From positions 1 through 60,042 of the IMG/VR virus record IMGVR_UViG_3300036715_002143: DNA of 60,042 bases; one strand, written 5' to 3'. The notes below the pieces were generated by a model, which saw nothing but the letters and a program-made list of their open reading frames with translations, was not told the origin of the DNA and ran no database searches. Source of the stretch: a virus (taxonomy: Duplodnaviria; Caudoviricetes). Position 1 is the first letter of the stretch; each line of letters opens with the position of its first letter. A program made the translations under genes and the position numbers. This document shows positions 54,807 to 60,042 of this stretch, in pieces.

Positions 54807-55199
54807 ATGGCTCTCCGCATCCTCGCGCGCGGCAGCGCGTCGGTCCCCGACTACGTGAAGCTCGCCAACTCGATCAAGGCGGGCGTGCCGCTACCGGCGG
54901 CGTCGCGGCTCATCGGGCGCGACTTCGTGCTCGACGATTCCGGCAAGACGATGGGCAGCTACCCCGCGAAGCCCGAGCCGACCGACGTGCCCGACGTGCA
55001 CGAGTACCGGCAGCACGTCATCGAGGGCTCGCTCTGGGCCGCCGACGAGGCGACCGCGAAGGCCTGCGGGGTGAAGTTCGACCCGACCTTCGGCGGCGAG
55101 TTCAAGACCCACGAGCTGGCTGCGTCGACGGAGCCCGCGCCCGAGCTCGTCCCCGCCGTCACCGAGCCCGCCGAGCCCACGCCCCCCGCCGCGGCCTGA
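54807..55199 (+). CDS. Small pre-sheath protein (Mu gp38-like position)
   Basis: VPD..EYR..V.EG.L motif immediately before the sheath gene. Confidence 0.55.
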   Translation: MALRILARGSASVPDYVKLANSIKAGVPLPAASRLIGRDFVLDDSGKTMGSYPAKPEPTDVPDVHEYRQHVIEGSLWAADEATAKACGVKFDPTFGGEFKTHELAASTEPAPELVPAVTEPAEPTPPAAA

Positions 55200-55256
55200 G
55201 TCGCGCGCGCCCCAACGCACTGACCCGCTGCCGAGCGCCGCGGGGTGGAGACACGC

Positions 55257-56798
55257 ATGCCCACGATCCCGATTCTCGGACTCCCGTCGACCGACGTGGT
55301 CCCCGGCCAGTACGCGCAGGTGAACTTCGCCCAGGGCGCGGCGGGCGGCTCGAGCGGCCTGCGCAAGGCGCTGATCATCGCCAACTTCACGTCGACCGAC
55401 GGCATCGCGACCGCCGACACGCTCTACGGGCCAGATACGCCCGTCGTGCTCGCGAGCGACGCGGATGCGGTGGCGCTCTTCGGCAAGCGCTCGGAGGCGC
55501 GTATCGCCTACAAGCGGTTCGTTCGAGCCAACGGCGTGACGCCCGTCTACGTGCTCACCGTCGCCGACCCTGCGGGCACGGCCGCGAAGCTCGCGATCAC
55601 GTTCACCGGCACTGCGACCGCGACCGGCTTCGTGCGCGTCTACTGCGGCGACCGCTTCGTCGACGTCCTCATCTCGACCGGCGACACGCCGACGGTCATC
55701 GCGACCGCATGCGCGGCGGCGGTCAACTCGCAGCAGGACTGGCCCGTCGTCGGCTCGTTCCTCGCGGGCGTGCTGACGATGACGGCGGCCCAGACGGGCG
55801 TGCGCGGCAACTGGCTCCGCGGCTCCGCGCGCGTCTACGGCGCCGGCGTCGGCGTCACGTCCTCGGCGACCGCACAGGGGTTCTTTACCACCGGCGCCAC
55901 CGTCGACACGTGGACCACCGCGCTGACGAAGATCATCGCGCTGCGCTTCTACTACATCGTGTCGGCGTGCGACGGAGGGCAGTCGGACACCGGACTGCTC
56001 GCGCTGGCGACGCAGATCTCCTCGCAGGGCCAGGCGGCGACCGGCATCCGGCAGCGCGTGTTCGTCGGCAGCGTCGACACGAACGCGAACACGATCACGA
56101 TCGCGAACGGGGCGACGAAGGGCAACAACGCCCGCATCGAGTACATCAACGGGCCGGCGTTCGACCGCACGCCGCTCGAGCTCGCCGCCGAGGCCGCGGG
56201 CGCCTACGCGCTGCTCGAGTCGTCCAGCGTGCCCGAGTGCAACTTCAACGGCCTCGGCAGCGACGCGAACACATCGTTCCTGTGGACCGTCCCCGCGCCG
56301 CTGAACGCGTCAGCGATGACGCACCCGAACATGGTCGCATCGCTCGCGAGCGGCGTGACTCCGATCGGCGTCGGAGCCAACGGCGGCTCGTACATCGTCA
56401 AGCGCATCACGTCGTACTGCTTGACCAACTCGCAGGCCGACTACCGCATCCGCGACGCGCACAAGGTCACCGTCTGCGACTTCTTCGCCGACGACCTCAT
56501 CACCCGCGGCTCGGCGGCGATGTCGCGCAAGGTGCTCGGCGATGACCCGAAGAACGGTCAGCCCATCCGCGTGCCGAACCTGATCACGCCGCGCGAGATC
56601 ACCGCCATCGCCCAGAAGCTCACGCGCGAGTATGGCGACAACGGTCTGCTGCAGGACGTGCAGAACACGATCGACGGCATCTCGACGATCCGTGACGGTA
56701 CCGCTCCGACGCGCACGATCACGCGCGTGCAGCCGAAGCCTTCGGACATCTCCGACCAGCAGGTCTGGGTGATCGACCAGCTCTCGTTCACCGGCTGA
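55257..56798 (+). CDS. Tail sheath protein (Mu gpL-like)
   Basis: VPG.Y, A..LFG..S, G.RGN, L..GVTP and RIT.Y motifs. Confidence 0.9.
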   Translation: MPTIPILGLPSTDVVPGQYAQVNFAQGAAGGSSGLRKALIIANFTSTDGIATADTLYGPDTPVVLASDADAVALFGKRSEARIAYKRFVRANGVTPVYVLTVADPAGTAAKLAITFTGTATATGFVRVYCGDRFVDVLISTGDTPTVIATACAAAVNSQQDWPVVGSFLAGVLTMTAAQTGVRGNWLRGSARVYGAGVGVTSSATAQGFFTTGATVDTWTTALTKIIALRFYYIVSACDGGQSDTGLLALATQISSQGQAATGIRQRVFVGSVDTNANTITIANGATKGNNARIEYINGPAFDRTPLELAAEAAGAYALLESSSVPECNFNGLGSDANTSFLWTVPAPLNASAMTHPNMVASLASGVTPIGVGANGGSYIVKRITSYCLTNSQADYRIRDAHKVTVCDFFADDLITRGSAAMSRKVLGDDPKNGQPIRVPNLITPREITAIAQKLTREYGDNGLLQDVQNTIDGISTIRDGTAPTRTITRVQPKPSDISDQQVWVIDQLSFTG

Positions 56799-56880
56799 CC
56801 GAGCCGAGACGCACACCACCTGAGCACGCGCCTGCGGTGGCCTGAGCGGCTGCCGCGGGCCGTCGTGCGCCCGGAGCCGC

Positions 56881-57276
56881 ATGTCCGCTACGAATCTCCA
56901 GAAGTACACGATCGCACAGGTCTACATCGGGCCGCAGGGCGGCTCGCCGGGCCTGCAGCTCGAGGCGCAGTCGATCACGGTCAAGCGCATGTCGGGCGCG
57001 TCCGACGTCGACACCGGCGCGAAGGGCTTCGCAGGCCAGTCGCCCGGCTCGCCGAAGATGACGATCACCGTGACGTCGGCGGTCCCCGCGGCGGGCATCG
57101 AGTTCGACCCCGGATCGTACATCAAGAACCTCGACGTGGCCGACATCGTCGTCTTTGCCTTCGGCAAGACGCTCGCCTCCTCGGGCTTCATCAACGACGA
57201 CACCTTCGCCTACTCGGTGAACTCCGAGGGGAAGCTCGACTTCGAGGTGAAGTGCCAGATGGCCGAGTGGGTGTGA
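56881..57276 (+). CDS. Tail tube protein
   Basis: 131 aa immediately after the sheath gene. Confidence 0.75.
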   Translation: MSATNLQKYTIAQVYIGPQGGSPGLQLEAQSITVKRMSGASDVDTGAKGFAGQSPGSPKMTITVTSAVPAAGIEFDPGSYIKNLDVADIVVFAFGKTLASSGFINDDTFAYSVNSEGKLDFEVKCQMAEWV

Positions 57277-57279
57277 CGC

Positions 57280-57969
57280 GTGGCTGAGCCCATCGCGCCG
57301 GCGGACATGTGGGAGCAGATCACCGCGATGCCTCGTGCGTCGCGCGTGGTCCCGTTCCCGCGCAAGAAGCCGTGCCTCGTGTGCGCCGACCCCTCGGGCC
57401 CGTGCGACCATCCGCGCGAGGACCTCTGCGAGCTGCGCATCTGGGTGCTGAACCAGGAAGAGGTGCAGCAAGCGGTCGCGCAGGCGGAGGTGCGCACGCG
57501 CAATCTCCTGAACCCGCCCAAGAAGGACGAGGCGCCGACGCGCGGCTACGACGAGCTGCGCAACCTGCACAGCAACATCGAGCTGCTGTTCCGCGCGTGT
57601 CGGAAGGTCGACGACGTCCAGCGCCCGTTCTTCCCGGCGAAGGGGCACATCGAGCGCTACCTCTCGTCGGACGAGATCGGCGTGCTCGTGAACCTCTACT
57701 GCCACGTGCAGGCCGAGCTCGGCCCGATCATCGGGTCGCTGACGCAGCCCGAAATGGACGCCTGGATCGCTCGCTTCCAGGAGGGTGGCGCCGCGGCGTA
57801 CCCTTTAGATTCGCTCTCCTGGGGGGCTGCGATGGCCCTTCTGGCCTACGCGATTTCTACGGCGCGCCCGTCTCCCAGCTCACCGACGGACACCTCCTCG
57901 CTTGGGCCGCCGCCCGACGAGAGCACCAGCGCGGCGCCGAGCGAGATGCCGAGCGAGCCGCCGGCATAG
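57280..57969 (+). CDS. Tail assembly chaperone (G)
   Basis: Between tube and tape measure genes; contains a slippery site. Confidence 0.75.
   Translation: MAEPIAPADMWEQITAMPRASRVVPFPRKKPCLVCADPSGPCDHPREDLCELRIWVLNQEEVQQAVAQAEVRTRNLLNPPKKDEAPTRGYDELRNLHSNIELLFRACRKVDDVQRPFFPAKGHIERYLSSDEIGVLVNLYCHVQAELGPIIGSLTQPEMDAWIARFQEGGAAAYPLDSLSWGAAMALLAYAISTARPSPSSPTDTSSLGPPPDESTSAAPSEMPSEPPA
57801..57807 (+). other. -1 programmed ribosomal frameshift site C CCT TTA giving a G-T fusion ending at 58058
   Basis: In-frame X XXY YYZ heptamer; -1 frame open to 58058, 10 nt before the tape measure start. Confidence 0.8.
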
Positions 57970-58067
57970 AGACGTTCGACGCCCCGCCGCTCGAGGCGCA
58001 GGCGACGCGCATCGTGAGCCCCGAGGCCGCGGCGCTCTACCCGTACATGCAGCGATAGAGGTGCTCC

Positions 58068-60042
58068 GTGGCGCAGCCCGTTCGGATTCTGTTCGTCACG
58101 GAGGGCGTCGACCGCGTCACCGAGGCGTTCCGCACCGTCGAGCAGGCTGCACGCCGCACGCAGTCGAGCGTCAGCGCGCAGCTCGGCAAGCAGGCGCAGG
58201 CGACGCGCTCGAGCGCGCAGGCCACCGTGCAGGCGCACGCGTCGGCCGAGCGCGCGAAGACCTCGAACGTCGACAAGGAAGCGTCGAAGCGCGAAGCCGC
58301 GGAGAAGCGCGAGGCCGACAAGTCGAACGCGTACTGGCGCAAGGCGCACCAGAAGCGTCTCGACGAGAATGCGCGCGCGGACGCGAAGGCTGCGCAGGAC
58401 GCGAAGCGCGCGGCCGACAAGCTCGCGAACGCGAAGAAGCACAACCCGAACGCCACGGGCATCGAGGGGCTCTCCAAGAAGGAAGCCGTCTCGATGCTCT
58501 TCGGGTCCTCGAGCGCTGGCATGGCCAGCCTCGGCGGCATCGGCATGGCGATCGGCGGGGCGATGGCGCTCAAGTCGGCGCTCTCGCTCGCGGCCAACGC
58601 CCTGACGCAGTTCGGCGGCTTCGTGATCAACGAGGTACTGCGCCCCGCGCTCGCGGCCAAGAAGGGCGCGGCCCAAATGGCGAACACCGGCGCGGGCAGC
58701 GCGGCCGGCATCTACGCCGACTCGCGCGCGATGGCGCTGGCGCACGGCGTGGGCGTCGACAAGGCGCAGGCGGCGATGGGCGCGGCGTACGAGAAGACGC
58801 GCGACTACGGCTCGGCCAAGTCGGTCGCGGGCCTCGCGCTCTCGCAGGCGCGCGCGTACGGCATCGACGACGTCGGCGGGCTCACGTCGCACCTGGCGAC
58901 GATGCGCACGCAGCTCCACGGCATGAAGGATTCGGAGTTCGCGGCGTTCGCGAGCACGCTCGTCGGGCAGTCGAAGACGGGCGGACTCTCGCTCGCGACG
59001 CAGGCGGCGCTCGGCGGTACGACCTCGGACATCGCACGCTCGTTCACCGGCGGCTCGGCCGGCCTCGACGCCCGCAACATCGCAGGCGTGCAGGGCATCG
59101 TCGGCATGTCGGCGCAGAGCACCGGCGACGCCCAGAAGTCAGCCGCGGGCCTCGCGTCGCTCGTCGAGCTCGCGAAGACCATGCGCGTCGGCCTCGACAC
59201 CGAGGGGCGCGTGAAGGACGTGAACGCGCTCGTTCCGGCGATGATCGAGAAGCTCGGTGGCAGTGCAGCGGCGATGAACAAGCGCGGCGTGGGAGCCGAC
59301 ACGATCGACTTCCTCCGCCCGTTCATGGACAAGATGAAGAACGGCGGGGCCACCGGCCTGATCGCTTCCATCGCATCCGCCGGCACCGACGCGAAGGCGA
59401 CGGCCGGCATCACCGGCAAGGACGAGGCGACGGTCGCGCAGACGACGCAGGAGCGCCTCGATGGCGCGATCGAGCGGCTCAAAGAGAAGCTCGTCACGCT
59501 GCTCCCCGCATTCGAGCACGTGATCGGTGCGTTCACCGACAATGCGCCCGCGTTCGAGGCCGTGGTCGACAACGCTCTGATTCCCTTCGGCGTCGCCCTC
59601 GGAGACGTCGTCGCGTTTACGATCAACAACCTGCAGCCCGGCATGGAGCTCCTGTCGGGGCTCTTCGAGGTTCTGGCCGGCGCGACGCGCGTGGCGGTGC
59701 TCCCGCTCACCATCCTGCCCGGCGTCATCCTCAAGGCGATGGCGATGCTCGTCGATCTCGTGCCGCAGTCGCTCCAGACCGAGGGCATGCAATCGTTCGT
59801 CGCGGGCGCGAACAAGTACGGCGACCTCGCGTTCGGAAGCGGCTCGCTCGACCAGATGCTCGGGGGCGCCGACAAGGCCGCGAGCGCGCTCGCGAACCTG
59901 AAGGTCGACCGCGGCGCCACCGCCGTCGCGAACCCGTTCTCCTCGAGCTACCACCACGGCGCGACACCCGCGAACGGCAACGGCGGCGCCGGAGCGCTCC
60001 CCGGCTCGCTCGGCTGGACGTTCGGCGGTGGCGGACAGGGCG
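58068..60042 (+). CDS. Tape measure protein, N-terminal part (about 700 aa including 1-344)
   Basis: GAGG RBS + GTG; long Ala/Gly-rich helical open frame; absent from ORF track because it runs off the end. Confidence 0.85.
   Translation, partial: MAQPVRILFVTEGVDRVTEAFRTVEQAARRTQSSVSAQLGKQAQATRSSAQATVQAHASAERAKTSNVDKEASKREAAEKREADKSNAYWRKAHQKRLDENARADAKAAQDAKRAADKLANAKKHNPNATGIEGLSKKEAVSMLFGSSSAGMASLGGIGMAIGGAMALKSALSLAANALTQFGGFVINEVLRPALAAKKGAAQMANTGAGSAAGIYADSRAMALAHGVGVDKAQAAMGAAYEKTRDYGSAKSVAGLALSQARAYGIDDVGGLTSHLATMRTQLHGMKDSEFAAFASTLVGQSKTGGLSLATQAALGGTTSDIARSFTGGSAGLDARNIAGVQGIVGMSAQSTGDAQKSAAGLASLVELAKTMRVGLDTEGRVKDVNALVPAMIEKLGGSAAAMNKRGVGADTIDFLRPFMDKMKNGGATGLIASIASAGTDAKATAGITGKDEATVAQTTQERLDGAIERLKEKLVTLLPAFEHVIGAFTDNAPAFEAVVDNALIPFGVALGDVVAFTINNLQPGMELLSGLFEVLAGATRVAVLPLTILPGVILKAMAMLVDLVPQSLQTEGMQSFVAGANKYGDLAFGSGSLDQMLGGADKAASALANLKVDRGATAVANPFSSSYHHGATPANGNGGAGALPGSLGWTFGGGGQG
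59833..60042. repeat. Terminal overlap, copy 2: 127 nt exact, then 83 nt of a divergent allele
   Basis: Direct comparison with positions 1-207. Confidence 0.9.

Overview
This window is an essentially complete, circularly permuted, very GC-rich tailed phage genome with a contractile (myovirus-type) tail. Bases 1-127 are repeated exactly at 59833-59959, giving a 59,832-bp circle opened inside the tape-measure gene. Gene order: Mu-like baseplate and several tail-fibre/lectin genes (1-14.8 kb); lysis cassette with a papain-like protease, lipoproteins and a GH25 endolysin (14.8-18.3 kb); leftward early operon with RecT-like annealase, PD-(D/E)XK and DEDDh exonucleases, HD hydrolase, C5-methyltransferase-like protein and many Zn-finger proteins (18.4-27.7 kb); ImmA/repressor/Cro switch (27.8-29.9 kb); rightward early and replication operon with SNF2 helicase, methyltransferase, SLT, initiator with iterons, DnaB and RuvC (29.9-44.2 kb); packaging, head and tail genes (45.2-60 kb). 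Cys-rich lipoproteins and GC content suggest a Myxococcota host (inference). Main oddities: (1) a non-coding 35-bp copy of the Ser/Thr-kinase catalytic-loop coding sequence (VVHRDLKPDNI) at the position where lambdoid attP normally lies, in a temperate-looking genome with no recognisable integrase; (2) an aberrant CCA-ended tRNA-like element; (3) a protease-containing lysis cassette with a holin-like protein carrying an internal lipobox. All product calls come from motif recognition and synteny by eye; no database searches were run.
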